NCBI GenBank assembly: GCA_051362555.1
Contig: CM120640.1
Location: 186,001 to 250,000 of the forward strand
Direction of reading: 5' to 3'
DNA from: Lingula anatina
Taxonomy: Eukaryota; Animalia; Brachiopoda
Length of the DNA stretch: 64,000 bases
In this document: positions 62,906-64,000 of the stretch, piece by piece
Layout of the letters: each line of letters begins with the position of its first letter
Position numbering within the stretch: position 1 is the first letter of the stretch
Made by a program: the position numbers and the translations under genes
Notes under the pieces: generated by a model
Told to the model about the DNA's origin: nothing
What the model saw: the letters and a program-made list of their open reading frames with translations, nothing else
Database searches by the model: none

Positions 62906-64000
62906 GAAAGATTATGCACACACATATATATATATAACATAAAAGCCATGCAGAACTTGGTTCATAAAAAGCCAAGGGACTTCTAGGTATCCAGGCAGTC
63001 TCAGAAAAATTATCTGCTTCTTAAAAACCTATAGCCTCATTTTAACTCTTCTGAAAATAAAATTATGGCACACAAAATGTTTGCTGAGAATATGTAAAAC
63101 TGGAAGACAATTTTGTGCATAATCTTTCATTTCATTTCTTGCAATTCTAGCTGGGGTATTTACACAAATAACGTTTAGACAGCTGACTAACAGTGCAGGA
63201 AACTAAAGGAAAAAAGTGCAAACTTTATCATAATTCCTAACTTATAGAATTACTGACTCTGAACAATGCAGATATTCTTAACAGTTTGACAAGTACATGC
63301 AACCACTAGTTTACCTTTTATAAGAGCAGCCTGGTCATTGAGTGAAAGCTCCATAAATCCTGGAATGGCTTTGGCAAATCTGATCAGTTTCTTCACCCCA
63401 TCTTCAAGCGTTTTGGTCCAGTTCTGTACCATAGACTTCCTATCATCTATGTCTATACCAGTCAGTTCATAGAACATCCGGTACTCTTCTTTTGTGATTG
63501 GTTCCAGCTGCCCAAACATTTCTTGTTTTAGTTTATAATGTTCCTGGAGGACAAAAGCAAGAAAAGGGAGTTGAAAGAGCTGGATCTTTTAACCAGACAC
63601 TAGGCCAACATATGATTGTGATACTTATTTATATAAAAAGGTTTCTCAGCAAAAAACAAAAAACAAAAATTAGTCAAATAACAGATATTTTTGATACTTG
63701 TCTCATACTTTTTGTCAAATGTAAATTATTGAAATTGATATCTTGTATGTTAAAAGGATCAGTTTGCACATTTTACCATGAATTCTTCTTGCTGCATTGC
63801 AATCTTTTTATAAGCATCAGGCCCAGAAGGTTCTAGCTCTGTATAGGCCTTGGTTAAATACTCAATAAGCTGTGTGATCTCATGTTCTTTCTGGTCCCGA
63901 GCTTGCATATAGAGAGGATGGACGTCTGCAGGATTATCATCTTTGCCTTCCAGTTTCCTCACTTCTTCTATGTCTCGTGTTCTCTTGGCGTGTGTATATC
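60083..64000 (-). CDS. NR1-type nuclear receptor, hinge and ligand-binding domain (ROR/Rev-erb-like; possibly lophotrochozoan NR1P); 5' part outside the window
   Basis: LBD signature IRFAKAIPGFMELSLNDQAALIK; SPDR; AF-2 PPLLLEII. Exons >64000-63777, 63543-63315, 62385-62158, 60321-60083. Confidence 0.88.
60763..60923. repeat. 36-38-bp tandem array (~4 copies), NR intron
   Basis: gtcaattattttagagttgacctgcagtcacttgaa. Confidence 0.9.
61010..61472. repeat. 35-bp perfect tandem array (13 copies), NR intron
   Basis: aagatgtgacctcatccaaagtctataatcatatg. Confidence 0.95.
61763..62007. mobile_element. Full-length palindromic MITE copy with TAA target-site duplication
   Basis: TAA-GACTGGGTTCCC...GGAAATGGTCCC-TAA; nested inverted repeats cttaaatgtctgtcacgcct / aggcgtgacagacatttaag. 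Confidence 0.88.
62810..62900. repeat. (TA)n microsatellite
   Basis: Seen directly. Confidence 0.95.

Overview
Gene-dense, AT-rich, intron-containing animal DNA, probably from a lophotrochozoan invertebrate (taxon inferred only). Seven protein-coding genes are recognisable: the 5' part of an SLC6 transporter (-), a single-coding-exon RING/B-box/coiled-coil/NHL TRIM gene (-), CCDC186 (-) head-to-head with an RRM-MYND-4xTudor TDRD1/Vreteno-like piRNA gene (+), BRF2 (-) head-to-head with HAUS8 (+), and the ligand-binding-domain end of an NR1-type nuclear receptor (-). Mobile DNA includes an L1/Tx1 remnant and about 9 copies of a palindromic MITE with TAA/TTA target duplications. The most striking unexplained pattern is about 17 locus-specific tandem duplications (23-97 bp units, up to ~26 copies). 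They sit on coding boundaries (splice donors, splice acceptors, stop codons) and copy the boundary into the neighbouring intron or 3' UTR. This produces arrays of decoy splice sites, in-frame microexon candidates and repeated stop codons. Exon coordinates were read by hand and may be off by a few bases.
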